A DNA stretch of 41,777 nucleotides. Source: Paraphysomonas bandaiensis (lineage: Eukaryota; Protista; Chrysophyceae). This document shows, one piece after another, positions 9,708 to 21,171 of the stretch (positions are counted from its first letter, which is position 1; the number at the start of each line of letters is the position of its first letter). The notes under the pieces are model-generated. The model had not been told where the DNA came from and made no database searches. It was given only the letters and a program-made list of their open reading frames with translations. The translations under genes were made by a program, and so were the position numbers. The stretch is taken from NCBI GenBank assembly GCA_965644295.1, contig CBFFRP010000158.1, positions 1-41,777 on the forward strand. The letters are read 5' to 3'.

Positions 9708-10384
9708 ATTCTGTTATATTTCTTTCACGACATTTTTAGCCTTTCTTCTATATTAGTCAACAAGTTGTTGCTGTCTGCTAAATGAAATATTTGCAACCTA
9801 AATTCTATTGCGTTAAGAGACATATAGCTCATAGAGTGCGCAATCGATCATACACATTGACAAGTTTGTACTTACATATAGCTGAAATTTTTGAAGCCAC
9901 ATGTTTTCCTGAATTCGAAGAATGGAGTGAACTAAAAGCCACAATGAATAAAGTCCCAGTATTGACTCTTTTTAAACGAAAAGAGTGAAACAGTAGCAGC
10001 AACACACCGTACTTGTTCACAGTACTCTGCGTACTGTGTAAATAGCTGGTTATCCCCATTTTGTCTCAAAAAAAGCTTTTAGTTGGCCTGACTTTGTCTC
10101 AACAGGGCGCTCATATCAGCACCGGGCAAATATAAACATTCAACTTCAATATTCGTTTCAACAGAAGCTCACTTCTATCATATTAACAGTCGTATGTATG
10201 TGATTTCAAAAAAACAAGGGGGGGGGAGCGGCAAGCCTTTTAACCCCAAAACCCCCAAGGAGGCCTCTTCTTTTCAAGAGTTTCCAATTACAACCGAAAG
10301 GCTCTCGGTTGTAATTATCTCTCCTTACTAATTTCTACTTATATCTTATTTATAAAGACTTAATTACTCTACATATTATTACAT

Positions 10385-11270
10385 ATGCTCTGGAGTCAAA
10401 ACCAAACAGCTTTAACAATTAGGACAACTTCGGCTGTTAAATTGATCTAGAATTGAAATGAATACCTCCGATATCTCGTTATGAACAAAATACCAAAATA
10501 CTGAAAATTTGTCCTGTAATTCTTCACGACATGAACACAGTGATGTTTCTGACCATCACAAGGTGGAACTGCAACAGTTAAATTTAGCAACTTCCTTTGA
10601 TAGAGATAAACAGTTACATATCCAGTCTGGTACTATGTTATTGTAGATACTTCTGTGTTGATAGCAGTAAGAATAACAGTCCACCCCACGATCAAAATAA
10701 TTACATCTTACAGCCTCTAGCGTGGAGAGATATATCGTTGTGTCTATGCACGTATATTATTTGAATTTACTGACTACGTAAAGTTTTATTTCGTAATACT
10801 ATAAGGCATTACTATATTCTTTAATTAAATGAAATTTCAACCGGTCGTTCGCTGGTACTGGATATAGGGGAAGTATTTCGTTGTAATTATACTCACGACG
10901 TATTAGTGCAAACCTAACACTCTCTATGTGGATAGATAGTTTTGTAAAAACGACAAGCAACAACTATGAGTGTGCTAGCCATCGCATATCCTAAATTCTA
11001 CTTCATTATAGGTGTTTAGTTTCGGTAATACTACGTACGTCGTATGTTCACGCTGACATAAATTCGTATAGTTGAAAACTCAACGACTCATTTAGACCTA
11101 AGCTGTAACTTTTCTCTTCTTCTTTATAGGTTGCTCATCTTCTACTTTACTATTGCTGTGCGGATTGGAGCTATCAGACCTGTCAGGATTCTTTCGGTTT
11201 TGTCGTCCTGGCTTAGCTTTGCTACCTTTCTTTCCATTTCCAGCTGTCTGGCGATTTTTCGGGTTGTTAC
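10385..11270. repeat. Source copy of the segmental duplication (RRM gene 3' end plus downstream flank)
   Basis: Near-identical to 7549-8685 apart from the internal tandem duplication there. Confidence 0.9.
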
Positions 11271-11987
11271 TTTTTCCTACACTTGCCTTTCGAACGGAGA
11301 GTGTCTTGTTCTCTAAAGAAGCACTGTTGTTCAACTGCAAAGCTTGGTCCCGACCACTTAAGTCTCTGAACTCAACATGACCAAACCCACGGCATTTTCC
11401 AGATGCATCACGTGCCAGACGCACGCTCTTGATATCCCCACAGGAAGTAAATACGTTTCGCACATCATCTTCACTAACTTCTTTACAAAGGTTTCCCACG
11501 AATACGGTACTGGTAGAATCTTTTGGTCGCTTTTTCTTTGGATCTTTACCTGTGTGTTCTTTGATCTTTATGAATCTCACACCATCTAAATTGACAGACT
11601 GGTCAGGTCCTACCACACAATAACAAGATTGCAAATACCTCCTCCATTACCAGTCCATATCGTACCATCCAACGACAGTGCGTGCTCTACACTCTCTTTC
11701 GATTTAAACTTAACAAACACACAACCAGTCCAACGTCCCTCATCGTCCATCTGTCTTGTAGTAGAGACAATTTCACCACAATCTACTAAGAAATTAGATA
11801 TCTCATCCAGTGTGGAGCAGAAAGGCAGTCCTTGCATATAAATTATATGTTTAGGGGCCCAAAACGGTTTCTTTGGCTTTTTCGTTTCAGGTTGGACAGG
11901 GGCTGGTGTTTCCTGAGGGATACTGGGTTGAGGTGTGGCCTCATTATCTGAATCTGAGGTGTAGTAGTCGCTATCAGAGGACGACAT
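11098..11987 (-). CDS. Two-RRM RNA-binding protein (nucleolin/RBM34-like), 2 exons
   Basis: RNP2/RNP1 motifs IYMQGL/TGCVFVKF and VFVGNL/RGFGHVEF. A 53-nt GT-AG intron at 11586-11638 joins the two ORF-track ORFs (GNGG-D-GVRF). Basic C-terminus with NLS-like KKKRK. Confidence 0.9.
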
Positions 11988-12121
11988 GGCTAATTATATT
12001 ATATCTCACTACTTGAGAAGTGATTTGGCCAGAATGATATACAAGTGAAGCATTCCTCGAATCAGTACCACTCAACTCCTACCCCCATATTCTATGTACT
12101 GCTGTATATACCCTTCATACG

Positions 12122-12169
12122 TACATACATACATACATACATACATACATACATACATACATACATACA

Positions 12170-12203
<34 letters not shown>

Positions 12204-12705
12204 CATACATACATACATACATACATACATACATACATACATACATACATACATACATACATACATACATACATACATACATACATACATACATACATAC
12301 ATACATACATACATACATACATACATACATACATACATACATACATACATACATACATACATACATACATACATACATACATACATACATACATACATAC
12401 ATACATACATACATACATACATACATACATACATACATACATACATACATACATACATACATACATACATACATACATACATACATACATACATACATAC
12501 ATACATACATACATACATACATACATACATACATACATACATACATACATACATACATACATACATACATACATACATACATACATACATACATACATAC
12601 ATACATACATACATACATACATACATACATACATACATACATACATACATACATACATACATACATACATACATACATACATACATACATACATACATAC
12701 ATACA

Positions 12706-12737
<32 letters not shown>

Positions 12738-12747
12738 CATACATACA

Positions 12748-12779
<32 letters not shown>

Positions 12780-13190
12780 CATACATACATACATACATAC
12801 ATACATACATACATACATACATACATACATACATACATACATACATACATACATACATACATACATACATACATACATACATACATACATACATACATAC
12901 ATACATACATACATACATACATACATACATACATACATACATACATACATACATACATACATACATACATACATACATACATACATACATACATACATAC
13001 ATACATACATACATACATACATACATACATACATACATACATACATACATACATACATACATACATACATACATACATACATACATACATACATACATAC
13101 ATACATACATACATACATACATACATACATACATACATACATACATACATACATACATACATACATACATACATACATACATACATACAT
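12122..13190. repeat. (TACA)n microsatellite, ~1.07 kb (~265 units) with a few interruptions
   Basis: Directly visible; the ORF-track HTYI/MYVC ORFs are translation artefacts of this repeat. Confidence 0.99.
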
Positions 13191-13321
13191 GTGCCTGTGC
13201 GGTGTGTATATATTCTCCATAGCCTCATATGTCCACTAGCCTGTACCTCTGAACCAATATGTTTTCACACTCCTCCTATCGTCACTTCCTTGCCCATGTG
13301 ACTCTATCTCCCCGTAGATCT

Positions 13322-14553
13322 ATGAGTCAGTTCGCCCCTAAGTCTAGGCAGAGATACAGTCTCGCATTAAGCACATGGCTATGTGCTCCTAGTTTAGGTA
13401 TGACTGAGTTCCAAGTTATGATGAGGTCAAGTGCATTTATCATCAAATCATCTCTTGATAAGGAACCACACTATCATGTTGTCACAGCTAGTCATAATGT
13501 TGCTCCATGGAAATACCCGAAGTACTATCCCGAGGAGTTCATGCGTTATATCAATGAAGATCATGTATACTTCACTGTTGAGCTTCGGAATGCTGATTCT
13601 GGTGAAATGATTGTAGCAGGAGACTTGTGTCCGTATTCATATCACCACAAAGATAAGGACCTCGCCATTTTGCACATGCAAGTTGAGATGGAATCTCTGA
13701 ACAAGTTAAAACCGTTTGGGTTCGAGATGCTTGATATAGAGGACTATCAACCTAACGATGGCGAGGTATGTGAAATATGTGTTTGTCACTTTGGTGAGTG
13801 TATATATACTATGTCACCCTGTTTAGACTAGCACCTATGTCCTTAATGACATGATCGCAGGAGTTAATATTTCATGGGCACGAGGTTTACGATCGTAGCG
13901 CGGCCGGACTTTCTGATGAGGATACCATAAAACTCTCCGCACCGAGAACTGTAAAAGGGTCTCTTTTAGGCCGCTCCGACTATCAAACGTTTTGTCGTAC
14001 CCCTGAAGTTCATTTGTGGCAGGGTATGTGTGGTGGGCCGATTGTGGGTGTACGGGGCAGTATCTGTGGGATGGTAGAAGGCATTGTACCCACGGACCAC
14101 CCATCGGATGAACTTAGAGGGGCCGTTTCTATGATAGAGGCGAATGATATACTGAAGTAAGATTAATTTTGTCATATGATTTACAAAATTATTCTATGGA
14201 CATGAGAAGACTTATGATTATATAATTATACACATACTGTGAGCATCGATAATGCTCTGCGCCTGTTTGATAAGGATATCCGTTTATCCTTTGTATAGTT
14301 GCAGCGTAGTCTGGATATATAGTGTCGATATATTGCATGGCAGTGTATGCGACGACTTGAATTATAGCTATATGGCTATTTCTGACAGTACCTGTATCGT
14401 TGTAGGTTTGTGAAAGATGTTGAGGAAGGAAGCGATGATGTCGTTCAACTGGTAGGCGGGAGTTCGTCGGAGCATGTTGGTGAAGAAAGTATGAAGACAG
14501 AAAAGGATGAGTTAGTGAAAGACCCTATGGAGTTTCTAATGAAACGGCTGTAG
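13322..14553 (+). CDS. Trypsin/chymotrypsin-fold peptidase with predicted His-Asp-Cys triad, 3 exons (start uncertain)
   Basis: Exons 13322-13765, 13861-14156 and 14406-14553 splice in frame. Motifs VVTASHNV, DKDLAIL and QGMCGGPIV (Cys 14029-14031) followed by ICGMVEG. Confidence 0.8.
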
Positions 14554-14959
14554 AGACCATGTCATTACGAAAATACATAGTAAATGAGATATACACATAT
14601 TAGCATATGCAATCAGAGATACTTGATAGACGATGTGATTTTCTTTATTGCGCGTTCGACAGCAATTGATGAACTCTCATCTCATTTCATTATCTAATTC
14701 CATAATTATATTATTACTTCTGCCACTAGAGGTGAAGTGTGCGGTAAGCGGGCATTCAATCGGATTGCATTTCCACATATGCAATTATATTTATCGTTTG
14801 TCGTGGAAAGGGTATATTTTTGCGTTATCAATTATATGAGGTGTTGATTACAAAAATAATGCACTGTAGTCTCAATTATAAGACAATAGAAATTTTGTAT
14901 GATGCTCAGAGGTCACGAAAGTATACGGGCAGCTAAATTATATACCTCAGTCATCAGGG

Positions 14960-16124
14960 CAGGGCCTGGTAATCGTCAATGGTAATGGCAATTATAATTG
15001 CCGGGAAATTTTTCATTAATGCCACTATAAATTCCAGGAAATGGACTACCATTAATGTTATCCCGTTAATAGAGTGTACTGGCACTTGATATATGCTATA
15101 TGTGGAACTAAGTGAAATCTAAACAATATGTTAAACAATGTTCATGCAACTCTACAGCTACTTTGTGGAAACTTTATTGATTATCAGTGGCAAACTTAAT
15201 GCTATAAGAGTTAGAAAATAGTTTCCTGAGCAACAACATAACAACGTACTCTTACTCAAAAACTCTTTAAAAACATTGAAAATATGCATATTTCACCTAG
15301 AAACAAACATTCATAAATACATTCTTTTTCCCCAAAGTTGAAAGAAGCTGCAGTACACAACTAAACAACATAATTATACTCTGTAAATATACCATATATT
15401 AATCAACGATGATGGTCAAAAGCGTTGGTGGAAGTGTAATATACAGACACTTCTTCCGAGTGAATTCGCAGGACCACTGAGTCACCTTCCTTCGTTCGGG
15501 CTTTATGTTTCTGAAACTGAGCGAGCAAACTGGCATTACGTGATGAAAAATCTAAAGACGTTTAAGAATAGTGCAAGTTTGCTCTCATCCGACAGCAATC
15601 ACGACAAAAGTGCAGGAACTGATTTTGCACAGCGTGTTCTGGACAGCGCCGAGGTCACCAAGAGATCTCGACTAGGTTCTTAATACCTATCACCTATCAG
15701 TCCAGCTACCGCTGCTTGCTTCATATCAAAGCACAATTTGATGTTGTCGTTGAGAGGCTCTGTAGTCGTGCAAAGTTGATTATGACACCTGAGCGTAGAT
15801 GATGAACCCATATCGTCTAGAATCGTTGCTATTCCTATGAGCCAATTACATGTTGTGGGATACTTATGCCCTCCATGAAGCCCTGCAAGAAGATCCTAAT
15901 GTGCCAGTGGAGAGCGAGAAGTATTGACGATTCGTAGTCTGTTACTCTACACTAAACTAGTAATTAAGGGAGCACTACACTACCTATATGAGCGGTATTA
16001 TCTACTTAGACAATAATGGCCATTACTGGCTATTTTAATTGCCGGGACATTTTTTCAATAATGCCTTTATAATTGCCGGGAACTGGACTACCATTAATGG
16101 GCTATTAATGGTTCCCAGGCCCTG
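14960..16124. mobile_element. Non-autonomous hAT-like DNA transposon
   Basis: TIRs CAGGGCCTGG(T/G)AA...; perfect 8-bp TSD CATCAGGG at 14952-14959 and 16125-16132; subterminal repeats ATAATTGCCGGGA and GGACTACCATTAATG at both ends; degenerate minus-strand coding remnant (GHKYPT). Confidence 0.88.
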
Positions 16125-16346
16125 CATCAGGGTGACATGATTATATTTGCATATACAATGCATTCATATAGCCATGCAATTCCGTAGACATTATACACAT
16201 CAACCATGACAAATGCTTGAGGCTATATTATTGAAAGTTAAAATGTTGAATTTTTAGTTTTTATAAGATTAAAGCTGTAATTCCAAGTGTGCAGCCGTGC
16301 TGCAAATTGTTCTTCAGCAGTTACGTAAGAGAGGTGGGAAAAGGTA

Positions 16347-16790
16347 GTGTAACGCTGTGGCGTTCAACTATACTCCTGTGAGTGAGATTTGGATGTCTAT
16401 CTACTGGTGAGTGCTATGGCTATGGTTGGATACTTATATGGGCTACGCTAGTAAGAGTGAGACCTCTTGCTTGTGATACATATTGTGTATATTATTATAT
16501 GTATGCTTGCATGTACACAACACTATGCCTTGCACTGCATGTCATCATTGTGTTGATATTGCATTGTATGCACTCACATTTATTACTATATCACCCGGTG
16601 TTATACCTCGGGTTAGCTATATAGTAAATTGCATACATATAATAATATACACAATATGTATCACAAGCAAGAGGTCTCACTCTTACTAGCGTAGCCCATA
16701 TAAGTATCCAACCATAGCCATAGCACTCACCAGTAGATAGACATCCAAATCTCACTCACAGGAGTATAGTTGAACGCCACAGCGTTACAC
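16347..16790. repeat. Perfect 160-bp inverted repeat with 124-bp spacer (foldback/MITE-like)
   Basis: 16347-16506 is the exact reverse complement of 16631-16790; no clear TSD. Confidence 0.95.
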
Positions 16791-17324
16791 AAGAATAAAA
16801 GTCTGATTTGAAATGGTATTGTAAAAAAACGAGGAATGATAAGTTCCCGTTAATTTATGGAAGGCAATGGATGCAGCAGAGTAGAATTTAATCCTAATCC
16901 AACAACATATTTGTGATATTGTAACTCTATTAATCATAACTAATCATACTAACAATCAATAATTGCGCCTGTAAGGACTATGCTTATGTAACAAGTAATT
17001 ATTGTTTAAACTGCGTCATTAAAAAATACCAGTACAGAAATTTTAATCAGTTCAAATAGTGTATGATTTTTCTGGATGGATTCGGCGTGATAATCTGCAT
17101 TCCCACGTCATATAAGTACGCGTCAATATCACGGATTTCATTTTTCAGCACTGAAACCCTTTTCTAGAGGTAACAACGCGTCATTCCCACCTCAAAATCC
17201 GACAATCATATATAGTTGAAAATATACAATAACTAAATGTAATTAACATTAACCCTAGTCTTCTAATAAAAGTACATATATGACACTTTTCCATAATAAT
17301 ATGTGAAACCTGGTGAAATCACTT

Positions 17325-17595
17325 TATCCTACTATATTTAACCCTACGGAGGTTGCTTGTGCGTCGCCGCAAGCACCAAGGTGCCTCCACCTCCGGTCTA
17401 TCGTGAGCATGTTTGCAAACGCCGTGAGCAAGCAGAATGTTGATATACCTGACATCTTCTGACTTCAGGTTTTCTTAGTCCTTAAGGTAAACATCCCGGA
17501 TGCTTGACTTCAGCAGGCAGCCCAATACCCCGGTTACCGTTCAGGTGGACCCTCTCCCGGATGCCCTTGAGGTGGGTCCATTTCTGGATGCCTAC
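17325..17595 (-). mobile_element. SINE-like element, diverged/partial copy
   Basis: Contains GCTTGTGCGTCGCCGCAAGCACCAAGGTGC and GTGAGCAAGCAGAATGTTGATATACCTGACA, as at 3685-3880; boundaries approximate. Confidence 0.7.
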
Positions 17596-18117
17596 TGACA
17601 TGTAAATACCTATTGACATCATACATGTGAATACAACAAGATACAATAAAACACAATTGATTGAATTATCATCAGACTATATGAGATACGTGACTGTACA
17701 CGAGTACAAGATAAGCTACTACTATATGATTGGAATATATTGAAATTCATGCTCCTTGTAATAGAATGGTGTTATTGATTCACATGATAAACTACTCAAT
17801 ATTTCTCACTTAACTAATACAAATATTGAAGGTCTGATTATTATTGATAGCTGTACTAGCAGGGTTATCGTGAACTATTTTTATAGATAGAACGTGGTGG
17901 CATTTAGTATTAAGCGTTATCATTCTTCTCATTGTACCTTGTGTCTATTTTTAATCCAATATGAGCTATGAGCACAGTACCCTGCGTTGTACCGCTTCGG
18001 AACTGCTTGTGCATTGCTGCAAGCATCATGATGCGACCGTTCCGATGAGCTTACATTACTGACAACCAACTATAAACCATATTTGTGATTATAATATTTC
18101 TTTTGCTCTAATATTAG

Positions 18118-18937
18118 CTGGGCTGTGTAATTGCAATTGCAACAGTTGAAATTGAGACAGCAAAATATAATTGCAATTATAATTGCCTACAACCTGCTTC
18201 AATGAATTAGAATATTTTTGACACCATCAATATGAGTGCGTATATAATAAGTTACTGGACATAACATACAACTATACGAATAGCTAGGACTTTCAATATG
18301 TGTACAGCTGTGGTCATTCTAGAACTGAGAGACGGAATATACAACTTCCCGGGCTGCTGGGAAAAAAATCTTCATTGACGTGCAACAAGCACTACTTGCT
18401 GCTTTGCCACATGGACCAACACCGAAGTTGCTCAGGAGGTGCTACTTCGCTATGATGTGCAGGATAATGATGAATATTCGGACATGGATTTCACTGTTGA
18501 ATTACTGGGTGACTACTAGTTCGATACATTACAGTTGGTAGGATATGATTTCACTGCAATTGCATTAGTATCAAGTTCCAGAATAACGTCAACATAGCGC
18601 AGCGGAAGCTATCACGCCTTAATTTGATACCGCAGCATGAAGGACTTGCTTGTCATAACCAATGAAGTGGAAATATTATTCATTATTCATTATTCTGCAG
18701 AGCTAAGGTTGTAACGACTGATTTGCGCAAGAGTATGACTCCTCGGCATATGAATCATCGCCTATGGAATGAAATGGCAGTTGATTAAGCTATGTTGGAA
18801 GTTGGAAGCTAAAGTATAGCTATATACGTACGTAGGATAGTACCTGCTATCTATTAAGTGCAATAATTGGGACAGGAAATAATAATTGCAATTATGATGC
18901 ACTACAACCTGCGTCACTAAATTATTACGCAGCCCTG
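18118..18937. mobile_element. Older non-autonomous hAT-like element
   Basis: Imperfect TIRs CTGGGCTGTGTAAT / ATTACGCAGCCCTG; 8-bp TSD AATATTAG (18110-18117) vs AATACTAG (18938-18945); subterminal ATAATTGCAATTAT...CTACAACCTGC at both ends. Confidence 0.7.
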
Positions 18938-19506
18938 AATACTAGACTATATTTATAACTATACATTAGCGGAATAAGTCTAAATTGGTAATATATGGCA
19001 TAGACCTACTAATTCAAATGCTCGTTGAACACTGGAACAGCTTATAATTACTTCAAATACATATTTAGATATCGATTAGACATTACAATAGTAAGACTTC
19101 TTTGAATTGCATCAACACCCATTGGAAAGAGAGTAAATACAGCAAAAGTCCGACTTTTACTCTTCAAATCTGCTCTTTTAAAACGGACATTTCCCCGACC
19201 TTTAATATAATTCATGTCCTGTATATAACTATAAAACGTTTATTACATAGAATTTCGAGGGCGAGTAAAAAACATTATATAAAATGCATGCATAAAATCC
19301 GAATGATCGATAATAGATGTAGAGTTGATATACGCCTAGCAAAGCACAAGACATGTATCAATTTTTCAAATGAAATGCCAAATGCTCATGGCAATATCAT
19401 TCGTAGTGTCACTGTTCTGTACCATTGAGTACTGAGACGATTTTGATGCGCGCATCACATTTATCTGTGATGCTTTTTTGTGGGCACTAGCATAGATAGA
19501 GCCCAA

Positions 19507-20343
19507 TTACTGCTGTGATGCCACAGCAGCTGAGCGGGATGTAGTCCACGGAAGCTTCCCATGCAAATGAAGAGTATGCATATACTGATACCCTGCTTGC
19601 ATCATATCGCTTGCCGTGTTGTGAGAGATGAGCCGTCCAGGTTGCCCTGCAAGTAAACTAGCGTACTGTTTGTCATCTTTCCAGTCTACACAAAACACAT
19701 TTTCGTGAGAACTGACATGGTGTGGCAGTGGAATGGGAGTTTTGATAAGGCAGGACCAGATGGAGCCATCAACATAGGAGCACCCATTGACAGTGGTACT
19801 CAGTCTGCCATCCATGAAAAAGGGAATATGTACTGACGCTAAACATGCATCTATGACCTCAGACTTAGATTTGAAGTCAGACAGTAGGACAGGCCCTTTG
19901 AACGGGTTCAGTGGGGTGGCGGTTATGTGAAGGTTATTGTACACTCCAGAATTCATAGTATCAGGGATTAATTCGTGCAGCCACGTGCGGACACAATCTC
20001 CCCAGATGCCTCCCAATCCTGTTGGCTTCTCTGATATCTTCAGGTCTTCGACATGCTGTAACGCAAACTTGAGGGAGTCATCAAAATCAGCGCCAGATTT
20101 GAGCAGAGTCGCTGTTAGAGATCCTGCACTGGAGCCGATAATAGTAACGTCCTCCAAACAGCATTTCTGTTGTATGAACTTAGCAGCTCCAGCCTGATTC
20201 ATGTCAGATACAAGTTCGACAGACAATATTCAAGGACTAACCTGCCAGAAAAAGTTGACACCTCCACCGGTAAAGTAGAGAACAGTGTAGTCTGTGTTCA
20301 GATCATCTGCAAGCAGCTCCAGCACCACTGATTCTTCGTCCAT
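19507..20343 (-). CDS. Patatin-like phospholipase (PNPLA family), 2 exons
   Basis: Glycine motif FTGGGVNFFWQAG across a 48-nt intron (20194-20241), GSSAG nucleophile elbow, ASVHIPFF and YVDGS (catalytic Asp). Confidence 0.88.
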
Positions 20344-20654
20344 ATTAAGACAGTTGCAAAAATATGCAATGGGAGTTTGTTGTGATGCATTCAATCCTCT
20401 CAAACCACTGTTTTGAGATGGAATTATCTGTTTATAGAACACATATCTGTGGAGGGATGTTGATACCTGAAGCACCCGTATGTATGTACATTGATTGTGT
20501 GGTGCTCTTCCTGTGTGTCCATACGGTATACAGCAGTGTATATACACAGTATTGTAAAGGGAACTTGTGCGTACTATGTATACTATACTACTGTACTGTA
20601 TATGGACGATATACAGGAAAGTGAAAGTGCTGCTGGTCACTTCACAACCTCATA

Positions 20655-20831
20655 CAGGGGGTGGTTGTGCATATCGATTTCATCGATTTGTTCATCGTTT
20701 ATTTCATCGAAAAATCATCGTTTTTTCAGTGAAAAGTGAAAAAAAGTGACTTTTTAATGAAAAAACGATGACTTTTTGATGAAATAAATGATGAACAAAT
20801 CGATGAAATCGATATGCACAACCACCCCCAG
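20655..20831. mobile_element. Foldback MITE, probably Tc1/mariner-type (TA TSD)
   Basis: ~72-bp imperfect inverted arms GGGGGTGGTTGTGCATATCG...; TA on both sides; internal TCATCG repeats. Confidence 0.75.
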
Positions 20832-21171
20832 TATGTACACCTCTGTACATGTATATAGATGTGTCCATATGTACATACGTGTATACACTGCTGTATCTCC
20901 TATAGGATATTTGCTACCTATACATACACCAGTACACCCATACATATACATATACACATATACGCATATACCTATACAGCAGTACATATACATGTACAGT
21001 ATGATCAAGAGGAAAATACAGCAATAGATACGTGTATGTATTACTAGCTACATACTTAAGACCAGCTCCACACCCACATAACTCCATACAGAGTTACCAG
21101 CTTCTATAGAACGAAACAATAAGCTTCACCATGCGTCGATATATCGTCGTAATGGTTTCATCTATTCAGTA

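Noticed and set aside
12045-13301. Long HTYI/MYVC-repeat ORFs
   Set aside because: Artefacts of the (TACA)n microsatellite, which has no stop codons in any frame.
16382-16689. ORFs in the 160-bp inverted repeat
   Set aside because: Low-complexity non-coding foldback sequence.
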